Assembly: GCA_963713145.1 (NCBI GenBank)
Contig: CAVQKI010000005.1
Span: forward strand, 95,166-159,165
DNA: 64,000 bases
Direction of reading: 5' to 3'
Origin: an uncultured Thermoplasmata archaeon
Lineage (GTDB): Archaea; Thermoplasmatota; Thermoplasmata; Lutacidiplasmatales; UBA184
The translations under genes were made by a program, and so were the position numbers. The notes beneath the pieces were generated by a model, which saw nothing but the letters and a program-made list of their open reading frames with translations, did not search any database and was not told the origin of the DNA. Each line of letters begins with the position of its first letter. Position 1 is the first letter of the stretch. This document shows, piece by piece, positions 30,778 through 40,311 of the stretch.

Positions 30778-31200
30778 CTACTGATTTCCGGGCATCACCA
30801 TGAACTCGTTGCCATCCGGGTCCTTGAGTCGCGCGTGCCAGCCCCACGGCCGCTTGACCGGCTTCTGCCCGAACCGGACCCCGTTTGCCTCCCAAGCTTT
30901 GCACGCCGCGAGGAACTCTTTCTCGCCGCCGGGGACTTTCAAGGTGATCCCGAGAAGTCCAGGCTCGATCGAATCGCCATCACTGATCTCCGCCCATTCG
31001 CAGAGGTGGATCATCCCCTTCGAACCCTTCCGACCCACGGTTACCCAGTGGCCCATATCCTGGAGGAGCTCCAAGCCTACCTTCTGAGTGTACCACTCTA
31101 GGGAGCGCTTTCGGTCGAGCACCTCGATCGCAACGCTCGACAAGTACGCCTTCGGAAGTCCCGGGGAAGCCTTGCCTTTGGTGACAGACTTACGCGCCAT
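30778..31200 (-). CDS. Glyoxalase/bleomycin-resistance/dioxygenase (VOC) superfamily protein.
   Basis: AIEVLDRKRSLEWYTQKVGLEL...MIHLCEWAEISDGDSIEPGLLGITLKVPG...GVRFGQKPVKRPWGWHARLKDPDGNEFMVM has the paired beta-alpha-beta-beta-beta VOC pattern. Confidence 0.7.
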   Translation of the reverse strand: MARKSVTKGKASPGLPKAYLSSVAIEVLDRKRSLEWYTQKVGLELLQDMGHWVTVGRKGSKGMIHLCEWAEISDGDSIEPGLLGITLKVPGGEKEFLAACKAWEANGVRFGQKPVKRPWGWHARLKDPDGNEFMVMPGNQ

Positions 31201-31394
31201 CGAACATCAGTCGCACCGGGGCAGTTGACCCTTCCGGCGGTTCCACCCCTGGTGGGCGTGTTGACCGTTGCGCCCTAGACGGCCTCGGAGGGATGCTCGC
31301 AGAGGGAGGGTCGGGCGTGCACCAACGGCCCCGGTAGTATCCGGCCCGGCGACCGCGGGGAGGGACGAGGACCCCTCGCCCCGCGAGGGCGAAC

Positions 31395-32519
31395 CTACAG
31401 GATCTTCCCCGCGCGAACGACCGGCGTGCCGTCGACGGAGATCTCCGAGCCTGCGAGGTTGACGGAGCCATGGAAGTCCGAGGCGTTGCTCCCCCCCAGG
31501 TAGGCGTTCCGGCCCACGGCGAACTCGATGATGCCGCGCTCCGAGTGCTCCAGGTACGGCACGTTGACTAGGCTGGGGTTCAGTCCGATCGTAAGCGAGC
31601 CCGCTCGGTTCTTCCCCGGCGTACCCCTAGCGTAGTTCCGGGCGAACGTCGACTCTCCCTCCTCGAATGAGAAGGAGGTCAGCTTCCCGTCGGAGAACTC
31701 GAACGCGCCGCCCGAGTACACCACCCAGGGGAACCAGGTCTCGTCGTAGCTGCGTCGGTTCGAAACGATCCTCCCCTGGGCCGTCTTGGCATCCAGGGCC
31801 ATGCGGACCCTCCCGTCGGGGAAGTTCGCCAGCATGTCAAACTCGCTGAAGGCCCGGTCCTTGGGGTGGGGGTACCCTTCGTAGAGCCTCGGAGGAACAC
31901 CGGCCAGGGCCACATCAAGGTCTGTCCCGTTGGGGTGCGTGATCCGGACCTTCTTTGTGCCGCTGAAGGCGCGAGCGAGGCGCTTACCGCTCTTGGCAAT
32001 CTCCTCCGGGTCGGCAAGGCACCCCTCGAGGAGGGCCTTCATCCACCGCTGCTTGCTGACCCCCCATTGACGGACTCGAGAGTCCGTTACCCACCCCATT
32101 GCCATCCGTCCTCCTCGCAACCCGGTCGACCGGGCGAGCTTGTACCACCGGTCGAACCAGCCATCGGCCCATGCGTCCAAGCCTTTCTGCCCTCGCTTCT
32201 CCAACCGGGCCGAGTCCGCCGGGCCCCAGAACTGCACGTAGACGTCGGCCGCCGCGATCGCGGCCCATTCCGGGTCGGACAAGCGGCCGAGGGGCCTGGC
32301 CTGTTTGCGTTCCACCGCGCGCCACCATGCGTTGTCGTCCTCGTATGCCAGGAACGCACTCCCGCCGACCCGGCGCACCCCGTCCACCATCGCCGACGAC
32401 ATGGAGAGCGTGTGGGTCCAGGCTTCGACGATGACGTTCTCGCCGGGCTTAATGCGGAGGTAATTCACGACCAGGTTGCGGGCGGCGGCGCGTTCGAGGG
32501 ACGAGGGACTCAGGCTCAT
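31395..32519 (-). CDS. Aminopeptidase, M29 (PepS/AmpS, thermophilic metalloprotease) family. Assignment is tentative.
   Basis: 374 aa with family-like segments ...VIVEAWTHTLS..., ...GIIEFAVGRNAYLGGSNASDFHGSVNL... Length is as expected. Assigned from overall family resemblance, not a fixed signature. Confidence 0.6.
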   Translation of the reverse strand: MSLSPSSLERAAARNLVVNYLRIKPGENVIVEAWTHTLSMSSAMVDGVRRVGGSAFLAYEDDNAWWRAVERKQARPLGRLSDPEWAAIAAADVYVQFWGPADSARLEKRGQKGLDAWADGWFDRWYKLARSTGLRGGRMAMGWVTDSRVRQWGVSKQRWMKALLEGCLADPEEIAKSGKRLARAFSGTKKVRITHPNGTDLDVALAGVPPRLYEGYPHPKDRAFSEFDMLANFPDGRVRMALDAKTAQGRIVSNRRSYDETWFPWVVYSGGAFEFSDGKLTSFSFEEGESTFARNYARGTPGKNRAGSLTIGLNPSLVNVPYLEHSERGIIEFAVGRNAYLGGSNASDFHGSVNLAGSEISVDGTPVVRAGKIL

Positions 32520-32662
32520 GGCAGGGGGAGCGAGTCGGGGCCACTATTTGAACCGGAATCAGTCCGTAGCAACAAGTTCAGATCGCGCGTTTCAATTCAA
32601 TCCGGAGGGTGAGAAGACACGGGCTCCGCGGGAGGCGATTTCCGAGGCGGGCTGAAGAAGGA

Positions 32663-32697
32663 GGGTTTGGGGACACCATGCCCCCACTGTAAAATAA
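32663..32697. repeat. Copy 3 of the conserved motif in inverted arrangement (GGGTTTGGGGACACCATGCCCCC-ACTGTAAAATAA). It sits immediately upstream of an AT-rich promoter and the RHH regulator gene.
   Basis: The left arm is the reverse complement of the right arm of copies 1 and 2; the core ACTGTAAAA is shared. A second tgtaaaacag lies at 32727. Confidence 0.6.
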
Positions 32698-32740
32698 ATT
32701 GACACAATTAATAAATAGACGTTAAACTTGTGTAAAACAG
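32698..32740 (+). promoter_or_regulatory. AT-rich promoter region with a TATA-like ttaataaata about 25 nt before the ATG of the RHH gene. Probably a leaderless transcript.
   Basis: attgacacaattaataaatagacgttaaacttgtgtaaaacagATG is about 75% AT in a 67% GC genome. Confidence 0.5.
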
Positions 32741-33139
32741 ATGGAAAACTCCCGGGCCAGTGCCGGCGCGACCCGCTTCTTCGGAGTTCGGCTCACCGAG
32801 GGAGAGATCGCTCTCCTCGATCGGTTCTGTGAGGAGCACTCGCTTGCGAACCGCTCGGAAGCGGTGCGGGCTCTCGTTCACTCGGGCGCCCCGGAAGCTC
32901 CGGGGAGCATCGAGATCCCCGCCACCATCAAGAACGAGCTCGAGGAGCTCGTCGAGGACGGCTACGCCCACGACCTGAACGGCCTCCTGGATGCCGTCCT
33001 GGCGCTGGGATTGAAGGAACTGGTCCGGACCCACACCGAGCGGCTGCCTGCGATGCGCGAGCACGCGCGCGCCGTTCGCGACCGCCGTGCGGGTCGTCGC
33101 CGAGCGGACCGCGAGGGTCGGGGGCTCCTCGAGCGCTAG
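32741..33139 (+). CDS. Transcriptional regulator with two ribbon-helix-helix (CopG/NikR-like) units.
   Basis: RHH-1: RFFGVRLTEGEIALLDRFCEEHSLANRSEAVRALV. RHH-2: IEIPATIKNELEELVEDGYAHDLNGLLDAVLALGLKEL. Confidence 0.6.
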   Translation: MENSRASAGATRFFGVRLTEGEIALLDRFCEEHSLANRSEAVRALVHSGAPEAPGSIEIPATIKNELEELVEDGYAHDLNGLLDAVLALGLKELVRTHTERLPAMREHARAVRDRRAGRRRADREGRGLLER

Positions 33140-33332
33140 CTCCCGAAGATGGGTTGGGTTGCAAAATGGAATCGATGAGCATCGCCTGGAGCGAACGGAG
33201 CGGATTTATTTGCCGACTGTGTCGACAGGACGCGAAGCATAATGAAGTGCTCCACATTTCGTTCTGTCCCGTCCACGGGCTCAGCTCTCCGCTGGACGAG
33301 CTAGCTGGTCGACCGGAGGCACGAGCATCCCG

Positions 33333-33881
33333 CGTCTCTATACCCGCACGGGCGATCATGGAACGACCGGTCTCGCCGGCGGTGCGCGCGTAGACAAGGA
33401 CGCGCTGCGCATACGCGCCTACGGCGCGTTCGACGAGCTCGGGGCTTGCCTCGGGCTCGCTGCCTCGCTCCTCCCCGAGGAGGCCCGCGAGGTACGCGAA
33501 GAGGTTCGCCGCCTGGAGCACGAGCTGTTCGTCGCCCAGTCGGAGCTCGCGACCGCGGCCGGAGGCGCCGGTGCGAAGCATCGGATCACACACCGCCACG
33601 TAGAGCGACTCGAGCACGACATCGACCGGTTCGACGCTCTCCACCCGCCACTGTCGACGTTCGTGCTCGCTACGGGAGCAACCTCCGCGGCGGCCCTGCA
33701 CGTTGCCCGTACCGTCGCGCGCTGGGCGGAGCGGGAGCTTGTTACTCTCAACCGGTCCGACCCCCAGCCAGAGGAGCTCCTCGCCTGGGCGAACCGGCTC
33801 GGCGATCTTCTGTTCGCGCTCGCCCTCGCCACGAACCACCTGCTGGGGGTCAAGGAGACCCCGCCGGACTACTCCGCCTAG
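33333..33881 (+). CDS. ATP:cob(I)alamin adenosyltransferase, PduO/MMAB type. No start codon is visible in frame, so a frame error at the 5' end is possible.
   Basis: LYTRTGDHGTTGLAGGARVDKDALRIRAYGAFDELGACLGLA...AAALHVARTVARWAERELVTL...LAWANRLGDLLFALA are PduO-family hallmarks. Confidence 0.7.
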   Translation, partial: RLYTRTGDHGTTGLAGGARVDKDALRIRAYGAFDELGACLGLAASLLPEEAREVREEVRRLEHELFVAQSELATAAGGAGAKHRITHRHVERLEHDIDRFDALHPPLSTFVLATGATSAAALHVARTVARWAERELVTLNRSDPQPEELLAWANRLGDLLFALALATNHLLGVKETPPDYSA

Positions 33882-33902
33882 CGCTCCGTAGAGGGAGGAC
33901 CG

Positions 33903-35100
33903 ATGGAGGTGGGCGTGGTCGGGAAGCCAAACGTCGGGAAATCGACGTTTTTCAACGCGCTTACTCTCCTCGATGTCCCGATGGCGCCGTACCCATTCAC
34001 GACCATCGAACCCAACCGTGGGATCGCGGCCGTCCGTGCGCCCTGCCCGCATCCCGAGAAGGGGACAGCGTGCACGCCCGGCAACGCAAAGTGCGTGGAC
34101 GGCACACGCTGGGTCCCCGTCGCGCTGGTGGACGTTCCGGGGCTCGTTCCGGGCGCCCACGAGGGCAAGGGGCTCGGGCATCGGTTCCTTGATGACCTCC
34201 GCGCGGCGGACGGGTTCGTTCAGGTCGTCGACCTCTCGGGAGCGACCGATGCCGAGGGGCGGACCGTGGCGCCGGGGAGCCACGACCCATCCACCGAGGT
34301 CGGCTGGCTCGAGGAGGAGCTGGTGGCCTGGGTAGCGGAGATCCTCGGACGCGAGTTCGAACGACAGGCCCGTAGCGTCGAGCTCGACGGTCTCAAGACG
34401 GAGGATTTCCTCGCCGAGAGGCTGACCGGCCTGGCGATCGGAGTGCCCTCGATCCAGGCCGCGCTCCGGACCAGCCCGGTCGACCGGGCGCATCCCGCCC
34501 GCTGGACCCCGGCGAGAACGGGCCGAGCTGGCCCGCGAGCTCCTCCGCGCGGCGAAGCCGCGGCTGGTCGCGGCGAACAAGTGCGACCGTTCGGCCAAGG
34601 AGGCCGCGGGCTCGCTCGAGGAGGCGATCGCGCCCATACCCTCTATTCCCACGGCCGCCGACGCCGAACTCACGCTCCGGCGTGCGGCTCGCGCGGGACT
34701 GGTCGACTACAAGCCCGGGGACGCCACCTTCACCGTTCGCGACCCTGGGAAGCTATCGAAGGGGCAATCGGTCGCTCTCGAGGAGATACGGCGCATCCTG
34801 ACCACGTGGGGATCGACCGGTGTGCAGCGGGCTCTCGAGTCGATGGTGTTCGAGCGCCTGCAACGGATCGTGGTCTACCCGGTCGAGGACGAGGCCCGAT
34901 GGACCGACAGTCGGGGCCGGGTCCTCCCGGATGCGTTCCTGGTCCGCGCGGGAACCCCGGTCCGAGCCGTCGCGTACAAGGTACACTCCGACCTGGGGGA
35001 GCATTTCATCCGGGCCATCGACGGCCGCACCCACCGCGCCCTCGCGGCCGACCATCCGGTCGAACCGAACTCGGTGATACGGATCGTGGCACGTAAGTGA
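33903..35100 (+). CDS. ychF: Ribosome-binding ATPase YchF/OLA1 (Obg-family). One frame change lies near 34490.
   Basis: MEVGVVGKPNVGKSTFFNALT is the P-loop. A C-terminal TGS domain lies in ORF 34822..35100. The middle part reads ENGRAELARELLRAAKPRLVAANKCD (NKxD) after a hand frame shift. Confidence 0.8.
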
Positions 35101-35115
35101 GCCGCCGAACCCGGT

Positions 35116-36096
35116 TCAGCCGGGAGCCGCCGCTTCGATGAGCCCGGCACCCTTCGGCTCCGCCCGGACAGCGAACGGCACCGCTCCGGCCCGGGCCAAC
35201 CTCCGGACGAGCTCCCCTTCCTGTCCCACGATCGGGAGCGCCACGATAGAGCCACCGGCCCCCGCGCCGGTGACCTTGGCCGCTTCGGCGGCGGGGGCGG
35301 CGGCGATGATCAGTTCCTCGAGGCGTGGATGCGATACGCCGACCCGGCGAAGCAGCTCCTGGTTCCGCCGAAGGAGCTCTCCGGTCTCGCGACGGTCGCC
35401 ACGGCCCACCGAAGCGATGCCCGCCGCGGCGACCTCGGTGAACTCCTCGAGCAGGGACGGCCCGTCGGGTCGGGCAAGTCGTTCGCCCACGGCACGGACC
35501 GCGGTGGCCGTGGAGCGGGGAACGCCGCTGTAGGCGACGACCCAGACCCAGCGCGGGTCCTCGACGTGTCGGACCTCCCAACGACGCTCGCCCGCGCTCA
35601 CCGACCAGAGCAGATCGCCGTGTCCGCCGTTCAGCGAGACGTAGCCGCCCGCCACGCTCGCCGCCGTGTCGCCCGGGCTCCCGACGCCCTGCGCGGCGCG
35701 TTCGATCTCGAACGCGCGTCGGGCGAGACCCGCCCGGTCAATCCCACCGGTCCCCGCGGCCATGGCCGCACCGAGGGCGGCAACGAACGCCGCGGAGGAG
35801 CCCAGGCCCGCCGCCCTCGGTATTCGGGTCACCGATCGGACATCGACGGCGGGTCCATCCTTCCAAGAAAGGTCGAGGGCGGCCTGGAGGTACGGGTTCG
35901 TTCGGGGCGCGTCGGGGTCGGAGTTGAGCGAGGACCGTGCCCCCGGTCGGACGAACACCTGGGTCGAGAGGTCGATCGCGAGCACCAGCTCCGGGCACCC
36001 GTGGACCACCGCATGCTCCCCGAACAGGATGCACTTTCCCGGCGCGCGCGCCGAGATCGGCAGACCTCGAGCGGGGATTGCTTCCAGGTGGGTCAC
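35116..36096 (-). CDS. mvk: Mevalonate kinase (GHMP kinase family).
   Basis: APGKCILFGEHAVVHG near the N-terminus. GHMP motif PRAAGLGSSAAFVAALGAAM. C-terminal GHMP domain. Confidence 0.8.
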   Translation of the reverse strand: MTHLEAIPARGLPISARAPGKCILFGEHAVVHGCPELVLAIDLSTQVFVRPGARSSLNSDPDAPRTNPYLQAALDLSWKDGPAVDVRSVTRIPRAAGLGSSAAFVAALGAAMAAGTGGIDRAGLARRAFEIERAAQGVGSPGDTAASVAGGYVSLNGGHGDLLWSVSAGERRWEVRHVEDPRWVWVVAYSGVPRSTATAVRAVGERLARPDGPSLLEEFTEVAAAGIASVGRGDRRETGELLRRNQELLRRVGVSHPRLEELIIAAAPAAEAAKVTGAGAGGSIVALPIVGQEGELVRRLARAGAVPFAVRAEPKGAGLIEAAAPG

Positions 36097-36671
36097 TTCG
36101 GCTCCCCAGCGGATTGACGGACACGCTTTCCCCGCGCGGTCGGGACCACCCGGCGACGCGCCCCTCGGAGCGGGGACGGACCGGGGAGGCCGCGGAGGCG
36201 GTCGAGCGTGACGGCCAGGGCCGCGACCTCGCTGTGGGGTTGGTGTCCGATAGCGACGTTGTGGGTCGCGAGAGCGTAGAGATCGGGGGGAACCTTCGCC
36301 CCCCCGACCACGAGAAGGATGTGGCGCGCGCGGCGCAGCGTTGGGAGGAGCGGCTCGAGCGCGAGCCCGTACATGGTCAGATGGACGACAGGGCCGGGGT
36401 GCGCGCGGATGACCGATTTCCAGTCGTCGGTCGGGATGACCTCGAACGCACCGCCCCAGTCCCGGACGACCTTCTCCAGGCGGTCGCGGATCGCCTCGTC
36501 CGGGGGGTGCAGGTAGAGGCGTTCCGCGCCCAGGGCGCGCGCGGCCAGACCCAGGTGGGTCGTGAGGCGCGGGTCGCGGCCTGGCCGGTGACCGATCCGG
36601 AGCACCGAGACGCGAGGCAGCGGCCTACGTGCCTTCGATCTCCGCCCGGAACCGCTCGATCCGGTGGCCAC
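36093..36671 (-). CDS. tRNA (cytidine56-2'-O)-methyltransferase aTrm56 (SPOUT).
   Basis: VLRIGHRPGRDPRLTTHLGLAARALGAERLYL...ILLVVGGAKVP...ATHNVAIGHQPHSEVAALAVTLDRL has the aTrm56 signature. Confidence 0.75.
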   Translation of the reverse strand: MATGSSGSGRRSKARRPLPRVSVLRIGHRPGRDPRLTTHLGLAARALGAERLYLHPPDEAIRDRLEKVVRDWGGAFEVIPTDDWKSVIRAHPGPVVHLTMYGLALEPLLPTLRRARHILLVVGGAKVPPDLYALATHNVAIGHQPHSEVAALAVTLDRLRGLPGPSPLRGARRRVVPTARGKRVRQSAGEPK

Positions 36672-37152
36672 GGTACTCCAGCTTCTCCGACCGCTTGACG
36701 AGGCCCTTCAACCGGGTCGGGCTCATCCCGAGCTCCTCGGCAACGTCCGAGAAGAAGCGGCCCTCCGTCCCGACCGCCTGGTAGATCTTCTCCTCGAGTT
36801 TCGCGTAGTCCTTCGCGCCCATGGTGGCGATCGCGAGCACCTCGGAGATCTCGGCGAGCGGGCTGGTCGTGCTCATGTTGATGGTCGAGTAGTAGAAGTG
36901 GTAGCCCTTGTCCGGCTGCTTCCGCCCCTCCCGGGCGACCCAGCGGGTGTCGATCAGCCGGAGCTTCTCGAAGAAGGCGAGCGCGGCCTTGCCGTCCTTC
37001 CCGAACTCGCGCTCGATGTCCGCGAGCGTCAGCCAGTCCTCGCCGAGACGCTGCACGAGCTTGAGCTTCATCGGCGTGTCCACGGCGCGAAGGATCGGAA
37101 CGAGGTCGCTCACGTCGTTGACGACCTTGATGCGGTGTATGGTCGCGGCCAT
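36625..37152 (-). CDS. Hypothetical protein with a probable winged-helix DNA-binding domain.
   Basis: 175 aa, MAATIHRIKVVNDVSDLVPILRAVDTPMKLKLVQRLGEDWLTLADIEREFG... No confident family. Confidence 0.35.
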   Translation of the reverse strand: MAATIHRIKVVNDVSDLVPILRAVDTPMKLKLVQRLGEDWLTLADIEREFGKDGKAALAFFEKLRLIDTRWVAREGRKQPDKGYHFYYSTINMSTTSPLAEISEVLAIATMGAKDYAKLEEKIYQAVGTEGRFFSDVAEELGMSPTRLKGLVKRSEKLEYRGHRIERFRAEIEGT

Positions 37153-37158
37153 CGATCC

Positions 37159-37341
37159 TCACTCCGGACGGGCCGGCGTACGCGACGCGGCCATAAGTTT
37201 CCGGCGGTAGGAGCCGTAGCGGTCGCTGGAGTCGTATCGCGCGGGATGCGGGGTGCGCGTGGGGGCTCGGCAGGAGGGACAGGCGTCGCGGAACGTGTAG
37301 CGGTCGCACGCCCGGCACACGCGAAGGATCGATTCGGTCAT
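37159..37341 (-). CDS. nop10: H/ACA ribonucleoprotein subunit Nop10.
   Basis: MTESILRVCRACDRYTFRDACPSCRAPTRTPHPARYDSSDRYGSYRRKLM has the Nop10 zinc ribbon. It is in the conserved position immediately after aIF-2alpha, with a start/stop overlap. Confidence 0.8.
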   Translation of the reverse strand: MTESILRVCRACDRYTFRDACPSCRAPTRTPHPARYDSSDRYGSYRRKLMAASRTPARPE

Positions 37342-38115
37342 GCGCGCGCGAACGTCCCCTCCCCGCCGGAAGCCTTGATCGACTTGAGCGCGGCCTCGGT
37401 CGCGCGTTTCATCGTCTCCTCGGCCGTCTTGTACCTGCGTCGACTGCACACGGATCCGGTAGCGGGGAGCGCCGACATATTGAACATCCACCGAGGCAGG
37501 GTCGACCTGCTCGGCCGCCAGCAGGGCGTCCCGGACATGGCCGAGGCCATCCGGGGACCGGTCGAACACCTCGAGCGTCCCGAGGATGGTCACGTGGGGG
37601 GGAACGATGTTCTCGCGGGCGACCTTCAGGAACGCCGTCGTCCACGCCGCCTTCTCGTTCTCCTTCGTGAACCGAGCCGGGTCGGCGGAAGCGACCTCGA
37701 ACGCCGCGAAGAGGGAGCTGTATCGCTCGATCAGGACGGGCCCGAACTGCTCGACCGCCTCGTCCGCGGTCTTGCTGAGCGCCTGGGCGACCTGTTCGAT
37801 CAGGCGCATAGCGCGCTGTTCGTTCTTCCAGGCCTGGATCTTCTCGCGGCGCTGGTGGTCGTTGATCCGCTTGAGCGAGAGGTCGATCTGATTCTTCGAG
37901 GTGTCGATCCTAAGGACCCGCGCTACGATCTTCTGGCCCTCGCGGATGTGGTCACGGATGTACTTGACCCAGCCCGCGGCGACCTCGGAGAGGTGGATGA
38001 ACGCCTCGCGGTCCGCGTACTCGTCGAGCTTGACGAACGCGCCGAAGTTGCGTATCGACGTGACGGTGCCGACGACGAGCTCGCCTTCTTCAGGGTACTC
38101 TGCGCGCAGGGGCAT
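37338..38115 (-). CDS. Translation initiation factor 2 alpha subunit (aIF-2alpha). One frame change lies near 37450.
   Basis: The N-terminal S1 domain reads GELVVGTVTSIRNFGAFVKLDEYADREAFIHLSEVA. The C-terminus YKTAEETMKRATEAALKSIKASGGEGTFARA is in ORF 37338..37550. Confidence 0.8.
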
Positions 38116-38134
38116 CCGAACGATCGGTCCCCTT

Positions 38135-38311
38135 CTAGGCTGCCTGCGGGCGTACGAGCTCGCCGCGCAGCTTAGCCTGTCCCCCGGTCGGAGTGGCCAG
38201 TGTCGCGCCGCAGACGGAGCAGTTCACCGCGGTCGCGGGCCGGCTGAAGATCGTCTGCTCCGTGGAGCAGTCAGGGCACTTGACGACCCAGAATGGGGAA
38301 GGAGCGTGCAT
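38135..38311 (-). CDS. rps27e: 30S ribosomal protein S27e.
   Basis: MHAPSPFWVVKCPDCSTEQTIFSRPATAVNCSVCGATLATPTGGQAKL has a C4 zinc ribbon. Confidence 0.8.
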   Translation of the reverse strand: MHAPSPFWVVKCPDCSTEQTIFSRPATAVNCSVCGATLATPTGGQAKLRGELVRPQAA

Positions 38312-38318
38312 GGTGGTC

Positions 38319-38603
38319 CTAGTGCTTCTCCACGAGCTCGAGCGATCCCGCGCGGAAGCTGGGAGGCTGGACCGTGTACTTGCACTTCTTGCACTTGTAC
38401 TTGAGGTAGACACGTCGGACGGCCTTAGCACGTCCCTCGGGCTTCGGACGCGGGAAGCCTCCGTAGCCACGGGTTGCGCGACGGAACCGACGCTGCCCCC
38501 ACTTCAGCTCGGAGGCGGTCCTCTTCTTTCCCTTCTCAACGTCGTGGTCCGTGTGGACCTTGCAGCGAGGGCAGTAGGTCGACACCACCTTTGGATAGTG
38601 CAT
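38319..38603 (-). CDS. rpl44e: 50S ribosomal protein L44e.
   Basis: MHYPKVVSTYCPRCKVHTDHDVEKGKKRTASELKWGQRRFRRATRGYGGFPRPKPEGRAKAVRRVYLKYKCKKCKY. Confidence 0.8.
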   Translation of the reverse strand: MHYPKVVSTYCPRCKVHTDHDVEKGKKRTASELKWGQRRFRRATRGYGGFPRPKPEGRAKAVRRVYLKYKCKKCKYTVQPPSFRAGSLELVEKH

Positions 38604-38728
38604 CGGGGTTCTCGAAACTCGTTCGGTATATAGGAATTGGGAGTCCTTTTGGAGGCAAGACCGGCCGCCTAGCAATCCCTTGGCCGCCGGCCGGGAAGGC
38701 ACCCGGTTGCCAGAATGCACGGCGCCAA

Positions 38729-38745
38729 GCCTCATATATCGAGGC
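38729..38745 (+). promoter_or_regulatory. TATA-like element (cctcatatatcgagg) about 40 nt upstream of the L1 start. A second tatata at 38611-38625 lies adjacent to the L44e start on the other strand.
   Basis: AT islands in the divergent L44e/L1 intergenic region. Confidence 0.35.
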
Positions 38746-38782
38746 CTGCTCGGCGCGCCGCGTTCGCACCTCGAGGTTGTCG

Positions 38783-39421
38783 ATGCCAGACCGTCCGTCC
38801 GTCGAAGTGATCACCGAAGCCCTCGGGAAGGCTCCCGAACGGAAGTTCTCGGAAACGGTCGAGATCTCGGTCAATCTGAAGGACCTCGACCTCTCGGTTC
38901 CCAAGAACCGGCTGGAGGACGAGGTGCCCCTTCCCGGCGGCCGAGGCCGTGCCGCGCGGGTCGCCGTGATCGGCTCGCCCGAGCTCTGTCAGAAGGTCCG
39001 AGGCGTCGCCGACGTGGTCGTCACCCCTTCCGAGCTCGACGATTTCTCCAAGGACTCGAAGGCCGCGAAGAAGGTCGTCAGCGGCATCGATTTCTTCCTC
39101 GCCGAGGCGCCGTTCATGCCCGCCATCGGAAAGCGGCTCGGTGTCGTCTTGGGCCCGCGGGGAAAGATGCCGCGACCCCTGCCTCCCGGCAGCGACCCGA
39201 CGAACCTCATCCGCTCGCTCCAACGCTCCGTCCGCATCCGGTCGAAGGGGAACCGCACGTTCCACGCGCCCGTCGGAAACCGGTCGATGAAGCCCGAGGA
39301 CATCGCCGTCAACGTCGACGCCGTGCTCGCCCGCATCGTCTCGAAGCTCGAGCGGGGCCGGACCAACATCGAATCCGTCTACCTCAAGACCACCATGGGC
39401 CCGGCGGTCCGCCTCTGGTAA
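38783..39421 (+). CDS. rpl1: 50S ribosomal protein L1.
   Basis: MPDRPSVEVITEALGKAPERKFSETVEISVNLKDLDLS...GKMPRPLPPGSDP. Confidence 0.9.
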   Translation: MPDRPSVEVITEALGKAPERKFSETVEISVNLKDLDLSVPKNRLEDEVPLPGGRGRAARVAVIGSPELCQKVRGVADVVVTPSELDDFSKDSKAAKKVVSGIDFFLAEAPFMPAIGKRLGVVLGPRGKMPRPLPPGSDPTNLIRSLQRSVRIRSKGNRTFHAPVGNRSMKPEDIAVNVDAVLARIVSKLERGRTNIESVYLKTTMGPAVRLW

Positions 39422-39431
39422 GGGAGAACCG

Positions 39432-40293
39432 ATGCCCGGGTCGCGGAGAGGTCCCTGCAGAGAAGATCGCGCGCGTCGGCACCCTCGCCGACGGGCTCCT
39501 GGCCCAGCCTATCACCGCCCTCGTCGGCGTCCGGGGAGTCCCGGCCGCGGCATTGCAGACGATGCGCCGCGGGATGCGGGAGCGCAAGCACCCGATCGTG
39601 GTCGCGCCCAACAGCGCGATCCGGCACGCCCTCGAGAAGGCATCCGCCAAACGCCCCTCCCTCCGTCCGCTTCTCGACCAGGTGGAGGACCAGACCGCCC
39701 TCCTCTCCGCGGAAGGGAACCCGTTCTCGCTGCATTACGAACTGACCCGCACGCGGACCCCGACGCCCGCGCGGGGGGGCGAGGTCGCGCCCAAGGACAT
39801 CCTCGTTCCCGCGGGAACCACGAGCTTCAAGCCGGGGCCCATCGTCGGAGAGCTCCAGCACGCGGGCTTCCCCGCCGCGATCGAGAAGGGCAAGGTCGTC
39901 CTGAAGAAGGACACCACGATCGTGAAGGCGGGCGAGACGATCTCGCGCGAGGTCGCGGGTCTCCTCACGCGCCTCGACATCCTCCCGCTCGAGGTCGGGC
40001 TCACGCTCCGCGCCGTCGTGGACGGCGACATGTTCTACCCGCCGGAGGTCCTCGCGGTCGACCTCGACGCCCGCCGCGCCGACTTCGGCCGCGCGGCGCG
40101 CGCGGCCCTCGTGCTCGCCGTCGAGATCGGCTATCCTACCCCGGCGACGATACCACACATCCTCACCAAGGCCCACCGCCGAGCCCTCGGGCTCGCCATC
40201 GCGGCCGGCTATCCCACCAAGGAGACCATCGCCCCGCTGTTCGCCCAGGCGATCCGCGAGGCCGCGGCCGTCGGCCGAATCACAGGTCAGTAA
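39432..40293 (+). CDS. rpl10: 50S ribosomal protein L10 (acidic stalk P0). A one-base frame change lies within the first approximately 10 codons, in the run ggtccctgc.
   Basis: ATG at 39432 (MPGSRRG), then the P0 frame: PAEKIARVGTLADGLLAQPITALVGVRGVPAAALQTMRRGMRERKHPIVVAPNSAIRHALEKA. The L1-L10-L12 order is conserved. Confidence 0.8.
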
Positions 40294-40311
40294 CGAGCTC
40301 GAAGTCGAGGA

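Noticed and set aside
28497-32697. The 40-nt motif copies as att sites of an integrated element
   Set aside because: No integrase, transposase or other mobile-element gene lies between or beside the copies. The intervening genes are a housekeeping-type glyoxalase and an aminopeptidase. Copies 1 and 2 are direct and copy 3 is inverted. A regulatory or structured-RNA reading fits better, but a relic of a small non-autonomous element is not excluded.
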